A stretch of DNA of 64,000 nucleotides from Malacoraja senta (Eukaryota). The number at the start of each line of letters is the position of its first letter. Positions within the stretch are counted from its first letter, which is position 1. The translations under genes and the position numbers were made by a program. The notes below the pieces were generated by a model, which was given only the letters and a program-made list of their open reading frames with translations, ran no database searches and was not told the origin of the DNA. The stretch is taken from contig CM076000.1 in assembly GCA_038087875.1 (NCBI GenBank), forward strand, positions 930,001-994,000. The letters run 5' to 3'. This document shows positions 23,822 to 36,392 of the stretch, one piece after another.

Positions 23822-26454
23822 CAGGGCCGGCCTCAGGGTGTGCGGGGCCCAATTGGGAACAATGTTGGTGAACCCCAGGTTCCCAGCCAAGGTCTGTCAG
23901 CCCAGTTATTTAGTATATATTATGAAATTGTACACTGGGGTGCTATGGATTATACACTATCTGAATCTCTCCTGCTCCCGTTTGACTATCAGTAGCTCCG
24001 CTGGCTTCCAACCTTTACCGCAGCAGCTAATTAAAATTAAACTGCATTATGTGATTGGACACAATGCCCTTGGAGACAGCGGCTGATTGGACGGGAGAAG
24101 ACCTATTTGTTGATTGGACGGGAATTTTAAGGCAAGCTGGTTGGTGATTGGACGCAACCCCCTTAGAGACAGCGATTGATTGGCCGACAAATAAATTGTC
24201 AAGTAGGAAAACAAAAGTTGCAGGTCGGTGCGAACTCAGTGGACGATCTGGTTGTATCTCCAAACTAAACAGCATAACATGCAGGTACGTACATTTAAAA
24301 TAAAATTCAGTGATTATTTCACATGATTTCTCACTGTGTAAAGCACAATATCTGACCAATTTCTGTTAACACGTTTGGTCTGCCGTGAGCATTTTTCTCT
24401 CCCAAAACAGTTCATATCAAGCAAACCGATCAACGAACCAGACAGCAGTTGGACGCAGTCATGCGATTGGTAAGCGATTGATAAGATTTGATGGGGCACC
24501 CTGAGCTTTTTTTCACTAGTATTAGGGTTAAGTTATTGAATTTAGTCGTTTCTCATACGTTCTCATACAATCTATGAGTTTACACGCCTTTATGCTGCTG
24601 CAAATAAGAATTTCATTGTTCTGTTGTGGGTACACATGACAATTATACATTCTTGACTCGACACTTCACTCATGCATTTGTGCAATAGAAAACGGGTAAC
24701 CATTGCACTCTGCGCCAAGTTAAAAAGAGTCCGCAGTTAGTCAGGAAGTGACTATTCGCCTCCAAAGAGCAACCCTTTGTTAGAAGGCTTCACTAAATGG
24801 TGTGACTCAATATTCCTCCAGCAGTTTGGGTTTTTTTGTTCAAGATCTGCAGCATCTGCAGTCGCTTGCGATTTAATACTATGGATGGCCTATGCTGAAG
24901 CACACGCAGCATTGAAATGCTAATACGACAATTAACAAGAATATTGAACAATACAGTAACACGTAGCTCAGAGGACACTGGGGTTTAATTTTACAAATGC
25001 CCATTTTCACGAAGCAAGTCACTTTTGGAAATGATACCAGTTTTTAAGAAGGCAGACTTTGCACTGACCACTTGAAAATAAATCAGTGGTTAACTGGCAA
25101 TGTAAACGTGATGGTGTGCCTGCCACCAAAGCAGCAGACACCGTGGGAGGAAGGTGGGGGAGAGGGAAATGAATGTGGATGGACAGGGGGTGAAACAAAA
25201 AGATAAAGAGCTGGTTTCAGTCCAACAGCAGTACAAAACTTGAAACAGCTGGTCACAGGGCTAAGAGGCTGAAGTGCTTCAGGCTGCTGTTGGACTGAAA
25301 CCAGCTCTTTATCTTTTTGTTTCATAGAATCACTTCAAGCCCGTCTCTGCATTATAAATGCAACATGAACAATTTAGGAAATGGGTTTTAGGAACTAGGG
25401 GTACGCTAAGGTCCATGAGGCTGAGGTTTGGAAGGAGGGGGGGGGGGTTGACGCTATAAGCCCCCCGTGAAAATTTTTATTTCTCTGAAATTGAAGATAG
25501 ACATAAAGCTGGAGTCTCAGCAGGACAGGCAGCGCAGCGACTATGGAGAGAATACCCTTCTTCAGACTGAACTGAACTCTCATCGGTGAGAGTACTTGTG
25601 ATTGTCTGAAGAAGGGTCTCGATCAGAAACGCAACCCTCTCCCCAGAGCCCATGCCCGTCCCGCTGAGCCACCTTCAACATCAGAGCCAAACAAAAACCA
25701 CAGAGTGCTGGAGGAACTCAGCGGGCAAGGCGGCTGGGTTTCTCCAGCATTTTTGTCTACCGCAAATCGTCAATGATTCCGGGAATGCCGAGGCGACAGG
25801 GTGAGAGAGAGGGAGTGGGAGAGCTAGAGAGAGACGAGATGGGGAGCGGGAGAGAGCGCGAGTGCGAGAGAGGGAGGGAGGGAGAGAGCGAAACACACAG
25901 AGACACAACGTGGGTCGGTAGGTGAATGACTAACATGCACACCAAGAAGAAGCCCCTTCTCGCGGTCCGGGGCCCTCAATCATGATGGTGAGTTTTAATA
26001 AATTCTCAATGTGTCATCAAAATGCATCGATTTACATTCCCTGGTAAATGTAATTGTGTTTTGAACAAGTATTAATGACGCCGCGTGAATTTTATTCAAA
26101 GGAACGCGGCGTCATTAATACTTGTTCAAAACACAATTACATTTACTGAGGAATGTGGATCGATGCATTGATGACACATTGTATAACTACTTGTTAACTA
26201 CTTGCTGTTAAGAAGTGCTAACAGTACTACTTAACAAATCGTTTGTGTCTGATGGCCGTGCAGTGGTTGTTATCCATGTTCGTTTAAAAAAAAAATCCGG
26301 ATGGCGAATTTAAAAAACAACTTCATTTAACAAAGAGAATTCGTATTTCCGTACGAAATACAGAAAATTAGTGCGGGCCCCCCCCCCCCCCCCCCCTCTT
26401 ATTCGCGGGGCCCAATTGGGAGCAATCGGTCCAATCGGCTTAAGGCCGGCCCTG
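23822..26454. mobile_element. Non-autonomous hAT transposon, 2.6 kb, with composite cargo
   Basis: TIR CAGGGCCGGCCT(C/T)A; perfect 8-bp TSD TGTTTTTG (23814-23821, 26455-26462); subterminal gcggggcccaattggga at both ends; no transposase ORF. Confidence 0.92.
26007..26181. repeat. Long inverted repeat, ~80-bp arms with a 17-nt spacer
   Basis: gtaaatgtaattgtgttttgaacaagtattaatgacgccgcgt is the exact reverse complement of acgcggcgtcattaatacttgttcaaaacacaattacatttac; outer arms have a few mismatches. Confidence 0.95.
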
Positions 26455-26699
26455 TGTTTTTGCCTACTTTAAGATACTGTTCAAAACCTTTTGCTTCGTG
26501 CATCTGGTCAGATTCTCTGATATCCTTTCACAAGTTTTGTTTGATATTGCCCTTCTGAAGCAGATTGGAACAATTGGTTACCAGTTGCTGCTCAGCTATA
26601 ACGTTGTAGATTCAAGTCTCATTTAAAAAACACGGGTATTTATGCAAGGTTGATACTCCTTGGATTCTCCGAAGTAAAACGTTTTAAAACAAGACCCCT

Positions 26700-27250
26700 G
26701 CTTATTAGGACGTGAGCGATTTCCGGGTGAAGGTGGCGGCCGGGGCAGGAGGGGGTAGCAGAGCAGAGGCTGAGGAGGAGGCGGCGCCCCCCCGGCAGCC
26801 GAGGCACCGGTCGACTTACCCCCTCCCCTCCATCTCTCCCACCGGAACCGGGCCGCGGACACCTCCCCTCCCTCCCCTCCCTCCCCTCCCTCCCCTCTAT
26901 CCGGCACCGGGCCGCCGACACCACCCCGCCGGCAGCCGGGCGGCTTCGGTAACCGACCGACCCCTCCATCCATCCCTCCCTCCCCCCGGCTGCAGGGACG
27001 AAGGAGGCGGCAGCGAGCCTCCATCGCCCCCGTGCTCGAGGGCCCAGCTGCCTGAGACTCGGGATCCGGAGCGACACCGACCAGAAGCTTCTCCCATTCG
27101 CCGCCCATTGCCGCCTCACCCACCTCGGCGTCGGGCCCAGGGACCCGCCGTGAGCTCGCAGCCGCCCCACTCCTCACGTCCGTCTCTCCGACATCGAGCC
27201 GATCCCAGTGGGCAGCGCCGGCACGGCAGCCCAGTGTACACCGCCCAGCG
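26700..27250. promoter_or_regulatory. CpG island / probable promoter and first-exon region of the minus-strand gene
   Basis: Very GC- and CpG-rich unique sequence containing a strong minus-strand donor G|gtaagt. Confidence 0.75.
26820..27108 (-). CDS. Probable first coding exon (MGGEWEKLLVG...MEARCRLLRPC...RFRWERWRGG), unidentified gene
   Basis: ATGs at 27108 and 27024 in good Kozak context (G at -3 and +4), open to the donor gtaagt at 26819; phase 1. Start choice is uncertain. Confidence 0.55.
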
Positions 27251-28560
27251 GCCAGCGCCGGCACTGCAGCCCAGTGTACACCGCTCCCGAGCGGCCAGCG
27301 CCGGCACTGCAGCCCAGTGTACACCGCCCCGAGCGGCCAGCGCCTGCACTACAACCCAGTGTACACCGCCCCCAGCGGCCAGCGCCGACACTGCAGCCCA
27401 GTTTACACCGCCCCCGAGCGGCCAGCGCCGGCACTGCAACCCAGTGTACACCCCCCAGCGGCCAGCGCCGGCACTACAACCCAGTGTACACCCCCCAGCG
27501 GCCAGCGCCGGCACTGCAACCCAGTGTACACCTTCCAGCGGCCAGCGCCGGCACGGCAGCCCAGTGGAGGGTGCCCACTGGAGGGTGCACACTGGGGGGT
27601 GCACACCCCCCAGCGGGCAGCGCCGGCACTGTAACTCAGTGTACACCTGCCAGCGCCTGCACTGCAACCTAGTGTACACCCCCCAGTGTGCACCCTCCAG
27701 TGGGCACCCTCCAGTGGGCAGCGCCAGCACTGCAACCTAGTGTACACCCCCCAGCCGCCAGCGCAGGCACTACAGCCTAGTGTACACCGCGCTGGCACTG
27801 CAGCCCAGTGTATACCGCCCCCAGTGGGCAGCGTAGGCACTGGTACCAGTCAGCACCAGTACTGCAGCCCAGAGTACACACCCCAGCGGCCAGCGCTGGC
27901 ACTGCAGCCCAGTGTACACCCCCTCCCCCCAGTGGCCAGTGCAGGCACTGCAGCCCAAAATCCCCAGTGGTGAGTGCCGGCACTGCAGCCCAGCGGCCGG
28001 TGCTGACACTGCAGCCCAGTGTACACCGACCCCAGAGGGCAGCATAGGCACTGCAGCCCAGAGTACACCCCCAGCAGTCAGCACCGGTACTGCAGCCCAG
28101 AGTACACACCCCAGCGGCCAGCGCCAGCACTGCAACCTAGTGTACACCCCCCAGCCGCCAGCGCAGGCACTGCAGCCTAGTGTACACCGCCCTGTGTGCA
28201 CCCTCCAATGGGCAGCGCTGGCACTGCAGCCGAGTGTACACCCCCAGCAGTCAGCACCGGAACTGCAGCCCAGAGTACACCCCCAGCGGCCAGAGCTGGC
28301 ATTGCAGCCCTGTGTACACCCCCTCCCCCCATTGGCCATCACAGGTGCTGCAGCCCAGCATCCCCAGTGGAGAGTACCGGCACTGCAACCCAGCGGCCCT
28401 AGCGGCCGACACTGCAGCCCAGCGTACACCCCCAGTGGGCAGCACCGGCACTGCAGCCCTGTGTACACCCCAGTGGCCAGTGTCGGCACTGCAGCACAGC
28501 GTCTCCAGCGCCGACACTGCAGCCCAGCGTCCCCCCAGTGGGCAAGGCAGGCACTGTAGC
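27205..28560. repeat. GC-rich satellite, ~37-40-bp unit cccagcggccagcgccggcactgcagcccagtgtacacc
   Basis: About 30 or more diverged tandem copies; most homogeneous near 27205-27560. Confidence 0.95.
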
Positions 28561-29171
28561 TTTGGGTCTTCCTGGGCAGGACCAGAGCTTCAGCCCTGGG
28601 CCGTCAGGTTGATACATCTGGATCTGCCGATCAGGATCCGCAGAGTATATTTGTAAAGAACAACAGTAGGTCTTCTCCCTTTCATAAATCGACGTTGAAC
28701 CTGCTCAATCAGATTATTATTTGATTACACACAGATTGAATCTTATCCTTAATTGTAGATTCTAGGCTCTGAGTTCTGTTATTCCCTCTTTCTCAGTGCT
28801 TTGTTAATTAGTGTTGTGTTTGCAATGCTCAATCTGCAGGAACCATTCCAAATTCTACGGAATTTTGGAAGATGATGACCAAATCATGGCCATTTCCTTC
28901 AAATGTTTGGAATGTCGTTCATGATGTTATTGGGATTTGTCAGTTAACCTTTCTGGTACTTTCTTTTACTAATATCTTTAATGTTCTCATTGCACTGTAC
29001 TCTCAGTACTTGAGTACTTGTTGGAGATTTATGGTCTATCTGCAGACAGACACAAAGTTTTTGTTGAAGTGCTCTGCCACTTCCTTATTCCTTATTATAA
29101 AATTCCCTCAATCCTGTCTGCAATGGGTACCTTTGCCTTACAAATAATTTCCTTGTATGGAACATCCTACT

Positions 29172-29400
29172 CAGGGCCATCTTAACGCATGGGCACGCTG
29201 AGCAATTGCCCGGGGCCCCCCAAGCATAGGGCCCCATGCTAATCTATGTATTGTAGAATTTTATTGTAAAACATGGAAAACAGAGAAGAACATCGCAAGT
29301 GCATGACGGCATATTTGATTCGGCATGAAGAAACTGGAAGTGTAGGGGCCCCAGTGCACTGCTTTGCCTAGGGGCCTATAATGCTGTTAAGACAGCCCTG
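29172..29400. mobile_element. hAT MITE, 229 bp
   Basis: TIR CAGGGCCATCTTAAC / GTTAAGACAGCCCTG; perfect 8-bp TSD ATCCTACT; subterminal ggggccc motifs. Confidence 0.92.
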
Positions 29401-29454
29401 ATCCTACTGTCTATTTTTTATGTTTCTTGCTATTTTGGGCATCATTCTCACAAA

Positions 29455-29690
29455 GATGGAGACACAAGGAACTGCAGAAACTGGAATCCTGAGCAAAATA
29501 TGAAACGTTGGAGTAACTGAGTGGGTCATGCAGCACCTGTGGAGGGAATGGGCGGATTATGTTTCAAGTCAGGGCCTTTCTTCACACTAAAATGGCACCT
29601 ATCTCCTCTCTCACAGATGCTGCCTGACCCACTGAGTTACTCCAGCACTTTATATTTTAACAAAGATGTTCTCCAGCCTTTTAAGATTGA
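29455..29690. repeat. Palindromic Penelope-terminus repeat
   Basis: tggagtaactgagtgggtca...tgacccactgagttactcca inverted arms around a degenerate minus-strand hammerhead-like core. Confidence 0.8.
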
Positions 29691-29730
29691 TTGATTGACG
29701 GTAGTCATTCTGCAAATGTTAGGACCAATA

Positions 29731-29930
29731 NNNNNNNNNNNNNNNNNNNNNNNNNNNNNNNNNNNNNNNNNNNNNNNNNNNNNNNNNNNNNNNNNNNNNN
29801 NNNNNNNNNNNNNNNNNNNNNNNNNNNNNNNNNNNNNNNNNNNNNNNNNNNNNNNNNNNNNNNNNNNNNNNNNNNNNNNNNNNNNNNNNNNNNNNNNNNN
29901 NNNNNNNNNNNNNNNNNNNNNNNNNNNNNN
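29731..29930. other. Assembly gap (200 N)
   Basis: Run of n. Confidence 1.
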
Positions 29931-30429
29931 ATGACATTTTACATTTTGAAACATTGTGCCCACATCAAATATTTTTCCGTTTTTTACACATTTAAGTGCC
30001 AATTAGAAATGTCACTGATTGATGATGTGATCAAATAACTCACTGCCATGAACTCATCAGTAAGGGAGCATATTGGAGCAACGTATAACTTATAATAAAC
30101 AAGTTACTTCTTTTTCAGAGGGTACACAGTCTGTCTGTGTGGCAGGCAGGTGGAGATTGTGGGCCAGGCATTTAGATGGATGGTGGTTCAGCAACATGCA
30201 GGAGTGTGTGGCCAGAAACGAGGGTCAGGAACCTCGGCACATGTGCAGTCGACGTGAGGACTTGAGAATGAGAGTAGGTTTGTAGCCAAAGCCGGGACCA
30301 GAAACAGGGCTCGGAATGTGGCCAAGCCTGGGTGCTGATGACTGGGTGATGATGGAAGTAGTGGGCAAAGGCTCGTGTGCTTGAGGCCCCACGTGCATGC
30401 ATGCATGTGTGTGCGTGCTTATGTATGTC

Positions 30430-30890
30430 TGTATGCATTCGAGTGAATGACTGCATGTGTGGCGCTGTCTTCAACATCGCGGAGACCTGGGACCCTTTGC
30501 TGAGGGCCGCCAGCGGTGAATCTCCGCCTGTGGACTTCGGGAGGCGCGGACTCCGGTAGGAGGTGGCCGATTCGGATGTCCAAGCCGCTGAGGATGTCCT
30601 CCAGTCCCGACGTCGGACTTCCATCACCCCGGCGAGCGGGCCTGAACATCGGGCCGCCCGTAGCGGCGACTGCGGGGGTTCGGGAGCCCCCCAACCACTG
30701 GAGGAAAACAGAGGAGGATGACTGATTTATGGAGCCTTCCCTCACAGTGGGAAACTTTGATCCCGCTGTGTGGGGATGTCTGTGTTAAAAACTATCGTGT
30801 TCTGTGCTCTTTATTATTCGTATGGCTGTATGGCGACCATACATTTCACTGTCCCAATTGGTACATGTGACAAATAAATGTATCTTGATG
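30430..30890 (+). mobile_element. GC-rich non-autonomous retroelement, 5'-truncated copy
   Basis: Homologous to 20365-20800; tail ggtacatgtgacaaataaatgtatcttg. Confidence 0.8.
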
Positions 30891-30961
30891 TGTGCTGGAT
30901 GTCGTCTACACATTAGTCCACATTTAAGTGTAAGTAATAGTGCTCAATAGTGTGAAGCAGG

Positions 30962-31290
30962 TTCATAAGGTCATAAGACCATGTGATAGGAGCAGAATTA
31001 GGCAATTCGGCCCATCAAGTCTACTCCACCATTCAATCATGGCTGATCCATCCCTCCCTCCTAACCCCATTCTCCTGCCCCTCCCCATAACAATTGGTAG
31101 CCGTACTAATCAAGAATCTATCTATCTCTGCCTTAAAAATATGGACTTGGCCTCCATAGCCTTCTGTGGCAAAGAATTCCACTGATTCGCTTCATTCTGA
31201 CTAAATAAATGTATCCACATCTTCATGAAGGAATGTTCTTTAATTCTGAGGCTATGACCTCTGGTCCTAGACTCTCCCACTAGTGAAAAG
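30962..31290 (-). mobile_element. CR1 3' fragment
   Basis: cataaggtcataag tail and the same 3' UTR as 3990-4400, reversed. Confidence 0.8.
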
Positions 31291-32419
31291 CTTTTCTTGA
31301 AGATCCCATGACTATGGGTGTAAAAACCAGAGCACTGCTTTTACTATCTTTTTGGCCAATATCATTTTGTTGAGAGACTGATTGGACATTAGCTACTGTA
31401 TGCAACACAAGCTTAGCAGAGCAAAACAAGATTAAGTACTATCTCCGCACTTAATTCTTTGAAAAGTGGCACTAAGATGAGCTCAGAATAAAGTAGATCA
31501 AGACAAAGGCCGTCAGACAAAGGTAATTCACGCAGAATAAGTCTTCATTTTAGGCACAGCATGGAGATAATAATAATGATATGAATGTGCTATTACCTAC
31601 TCTCTCTTGAGTTAATAAGAGGTCCAATTACCAACATGCCTTAGGAATGTGAAAATATGTGTTAATTACAATTCTCCAAAGATCTACTGTGATTTTGCAG
31701 TGTCTTTGATTAGGGGAACTAAAGCCCATGAAATAATATTACATTGTGGGATCGTGGATTAACTGTTTCTGACGGAGTAATGTCTGATCAACAAAATAAA
31801 ATTTGTGTTCAGAATTATGAGGAAATTCAATTGTCCGCAAACATAACCACAGAAACATTTGACTAGTGTGGCATCTGATTGAGTGCGGTGTCAAGGAAAA
31901 AGTGACATCAATGGCCCTGAAAGGAAAATAATGAAACACAAAGGAAGATGGTTGTGGTTGTTGGAGAACAATCATCTTAGTTACGGTATGGAGCATCGTT
32001 GCAGGGGTTGCTGAGGGCAGTGTTTCGGTTTAGAGCTGCTTCATCGATGATTGTTCCTTCTACCATGAGGTCAGAAGTAGGATTAAACAGTCTATCCCAA
32101 CAAGCAGCAGCACATTGACAACTTTCACGCACAGACGGATAAGTGGAAAGTTATGTTCATGGAATAAAAATGGCAAGAAATAACTACTTCCAACAATAGT
32201 TAAACCACCTACCATTGACATATAATGTCAGCACCATCTCCAAGTCCTCCACCATCACCAATGTAAGGGTCGTCAATGACCAGAACTGAATAGGACCAGC
32301 TCTACGAACACTGGTGGCATGAGCTGGTCAAAGGCTGGGGTAACCTGTTGTAAGGCACTCATCTCCAGACACCCCAGAGACTTATTTACAATGCACAGGC
32401 ACGAGTCTGGAACATTTGG

Positions 32420-32800
32420 GGTTGAGGGCAGACCTAATATAAGTGTGTAAAATTAATAAAGGTATAGATAGGGGAAATAATCAGAATCTATTCCCAGAGT
32501 GAAATGTCAAATTCTATAGGGCATGGTTTTAGGGTGAGAGGTGCAAAGTTTAAAGGAGATATGTGGGGCAGGTTTTTTACACAGAGAGTGATGGGTGCCT
32601 GGAATGCACTACAGGGGGTGGTGGTGGAGGCAGATACAATAGGGGCATTTAAGAGGCTTTTAGATAAGCCCATGGCTAGGCTGGGAATTGACGGATATGG
32701 ATCACATGCAGTTGAAGAAGATTTCTTGGCATCAATTTTGAAGTGGACAATGTGGACCAAAGAGCCTGTTCCTCTGCTGTATTGTTCCATGTTTGATGTC
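32420..32800 (+). mobile_element. CR1 3' fragment
   Basis: GHGFRVRGAKFKGD...FFTQRVMGAWNAL. Confidence 0.85.
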
Positions 32801-32995
32801 CTTAAGTCATCCCTTGATGGGATATTGGATGAATGCAGTTTCAATGACTCCCAAGAAGATGAATGCCATCCTGGCCAAAGCAGCTCACCTGGTTGCCTTC
32901 CTACCCCAGCCCTGTTCGGCAGTCTAAACATTTATTCCCTTCATATAAAAAAAATACATACTCTTTTCCAGGGAATATTAATCTTGAGTTGAATT

Positions 32996-33815
32996 GGAAG
33001 TGGCGACGCTGCCTTGCAGCTGCGGCTCGCCTGCAGTCCGTTTGTCTTTTCTTTCTTTTCTTTTGTCCCGTTGTTAGTTTATTTCGGTTTATTTTAGTTG
33101 TGTATTTGTGGGGGGGGGGGGGGGAGAAACATGTTTTTTGACTCTTCCTTCGGGGGGATGCGACCCTTGCCGTATCCCCCGTCTCCGTCTGCGCTGAGGC
33201 CTATCGCGGAGCTGGCGGCCTCCAACTGGGACCGATCTCGGGGCTCCGGAGGCAGAGCCAGGACTTACCAACACGAGGCTGGCCGACTTCGGGGCTGTGG
33301 TGGCTGTGTTGCGACCCGACTTCCGACCCGACTTCGGAGCCTCGGAGGCTCGACCGCAGGCCAGTGGACGACATCGTCGGGAGCTCGCAGGTCACAGGTT
33401 GGTGACCTGTTTTTCCGGAGCTCCCGCAACAACAGCTTTGTCCGCTGGACTGGAGGGCGGCAGCTTCGGCAGCTTCGACCGCCCCGGGCCACGGAGTTTT
33501 AACCGGCCCATTCGCGGAGCTCGGATTCAGCCGCGGGACTTGCTTACCATCACCCGGTGGGGTCACAACATCGGAGGCCTGGATCACCTCAGCACAGAGG
33601 GAGAGCAAGGAGGGAAGAGACAAGGACTTTGGGACTTTTTGCCTTCCATCACAGTGAGGAGGTGCCTGGTGGACTCACTGTGGTGGATGTTAAAACTGTG
33701 TTGAGTGTGTGTTTTGTTATTTATTCTATGTTATGACTGCAGGCTAAACCATTTCGTTGCACTGAAAAGTGCAATGACAATAAAATTGAATTTGATTGAT
33801 TTGATTGATTGATGA
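32996..33815 (+). mobile_element. GC-rich non-autonomous retroelement, related family, apparently full length
   Basis: 5' ggaagtggcgacg start; 3' caatgacaataaa plus (gatt)n tail; shares the gccttcc.tcacagtg hairpin with 30430-30890. Confidence 0.7.
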
Positions 33816-33969
33816 TTTCACCTAGTTTCACACATTTGAAACCTTGATAAATTATTTTCAAGTAATTTCATTGCATTCATTATTCCTTAGAGTTCGGCAC
33901 TCATTATCTCTTTGAGATAACACAAGCAGCAGCTTGCAGCAACCACACACGATTAAAGATGAAAATCTA

Positions 33970-35020
33970 GAATTTATGGACATGTGAAATTACGAGTGGA
34001 AGCAAGCTAGTGACCACTCAGCCTCACAAGACTGGTCCCCTATTGAGTGCTGAGATGACTGTAATCTCAGCTCTGCATTATCACCCTATATTGATAATCT
34101 TTCTTCTCCGTACTTATCAAGACTCTATCTACCTCTGCATTAAAAATGTTGATAGACTCTGCTTCCACCACTCTTTGAGAAGGTTCCAAAAACTCATGAC
34201 TTTCTAAGCAAAAATTTATGTGTTAAATGGGCAACCCTTCATTTTAAACAGTACTCCCTAGTTTTAGATTCTCAAATAAGAATACATATTCTCTCTGCAT
34301 CTAACCTGTGAAAACCCCTCGGGATTTTATATATTTCAAGTAAGTCTACTTCATTTTATAAACCCCAGCAGATACAAGTCTAATCTGTCCAACCTGCTTG
34401 TTTCAGATATTAGCCTGGTAAATTTTCTTTTAATTGCATCCTGTGCATTAATACTCTTGATTAAATAGGGCAAGCAATACTATCCACGGTATTCCAGATG
34501 TGGTTTCACCAATACCCTTTATAATTGAACTATAACCTTCTTCCTTTTACATTCAATTCCCCTGGAAAAAGTGTAACATTACATTAGATTTGCTGCTGTA
34601 CCCACATATAACCTCTTTGCACAATATGAACAAGCACATGCAGATCCATCTACATCTTAATGCTCTGCAATTTCTCATCATAATTTATCTTTAATTTTTC
34701 CTACCAAAATGGATCATTTTACATTTCTCCACGTTATACTCCATTTACCAGAGCTCTTCCCATTCATTTAATCTGTATATTCATTTGCAGCCACCTTATG
34801 TCTTCTTCACAACTTGCTTCTCGACCCAAAATGTCACCCATTCCTTTTCCTTCTCCTATTCCAGAGATTCCAGAGTTACTCCAGCTTTTTGTGTCTATCT
34901 TCGGTTTAAACCAGCATCTGCAGTTTCTTCCTACACATATTGCTTTCCAACCTATATTTCTCTCATCAGCACACTCTGCCACCTCTGATTCTCTCATCCA
35001 AATCATAAATTATAATTAGT
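33970..35020 (-). mobile_element. Old CR1 fragment with a Penelope-terminus repeat inserted at ~34810-34940
   Basis: Degraded RT remnant (ECADERNIG); insert contains agagttactccagctttttgtgtctatcttcgg. Confidence 0.65.
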
Positions 35021-35529
35021 GAAGCTCCATCACATTTCTGTGCATCACACAACCTACATCAGAAAATTGAACATAAGTCACTGAAACTCAACATGCAACC
35101 AAAGGTTAGGAAGGCAAATGGTATGCTGGCTTTCATTAAAAGGAGTGAGAGTACAAATGTATTTAGGGGATAAAAGGGAGATAACTACATGGCTCAACTC
35201 AGATGTTGAGAACAAACAAATATTAAAGGCTTATGAATAGCTGAGGCAGGGTAAGTAAATGAAATTAAGACAAAATAACTGGAAATGCAGAGCAGGACCT
35301 GACATCCAAAGAGAAGAAATACACAACACCAAAATGGAGCCATATTCCTCTATTAACTTATCGTGCCAGCAAACAATCTCCACCTCTGCTCCTACCTCCT
35401 AAAGCTGACACATCTGTCCTATATCATCAGAATCTACCATTATAAAGAATGTGGAAGTGGAGTGAATGAACTGTTATTCAAGCCACGTGTAGAATGTTGG
35501 AGAGAAAACTAAGATGATTTTCCTTGATC

Positions 35530-36392
35530 AGTTCAGTTCAGTTCAGTTTAGTTCATTGTCACGTGTACCGATGTACAGTGAAAACCTTTGGGTTGCGCGC
35601 TAACCAGTCAGCAGAAAGACAATACGTGATTACAATCGATCCATTTACAGTGTATAAGGGAATAACGTTTAGTGCAAGGTAAAGCCAGCAAAGTCCGGTC
35701 AAGGATAGTCCGAGGGACGTCAGAGCTAGATAGTTGTTGAACATTGCTCTCTGGTTGTGGTAGGATGATTCAGTTGCCTGATAACAGCTGGGAAGAAACT
35801 GTCCCTGAATATGGTGGTGTGCGTTTTCACACCTATACCTTTTGCCTGATCGGAGAGGGGAGAAGAGGGAGTGGCCAGGGTGCAACACATCCTTGAATGT
35901 GCTGCTGGCCTTGCCGAGGCAGCTTGAGGTATAAATGGAATCAATAGATGGGAGGTTGGTTGGTGTGATGGCCTGGGCTGCGTCCACAATTCACTACAAT
36001 TTCTTACAGTTCTGGATGGAGCTGTTCCCAAACCAAGCTGTTATGCATCCTGATAAAATGATTTCTATGATGCATCTGTAAAAGTTGGTGAGAGTTGTAG
36101 GGGTCATGCCAAACTTCCTAAGCCTTCTAAGAAAGTAGAGGCATTGGTGTACCTTCTTGGTCGTTGTTTCAATATGGGTGCTCCAAAAGAAGTTGTTGGT
36201 GATATTGACAGAGGAATTTGAAGTTTTCGACCATATCTACTTCGGCGCCGTCAATGCAAACTGGGGTTTGTGTACCGCTTTGCTTCCTGAAGTCGATCAC
36301 TATCTCCTTTGTCTTGCTGACGTTGAGAGAAAGGTTGTTGTCTCGACACCAGGCACGAGGTTCTCAATTTCCTTCATGTACGTCTCATCATT
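35530..36392 (-). mobile_element. Rex1/Babar LINE 3' part (continues at 37878-37975)
   Basis: DVLHPGHSLFSPLRSGKRYR, FRDSFFPAVIRQLN; (agttc)n tail. Confidence 0.9.

Noticed and set aside
27205..28560. CRISPR-like array (also considered for 11210-11430)
   Set aside because: Units are contiguous with no unique spacers, there are no cas genes, and the context is eukaryotic.
26712..28656. Many overlapping ORFs across the CpG island and satellite
   Set aside because: GC-rich tandem repeat lacking stops; no recognisable domain.
29637..30038. ORFs spanning X runs
   Set aside because: Artefacts of the assembly gap.
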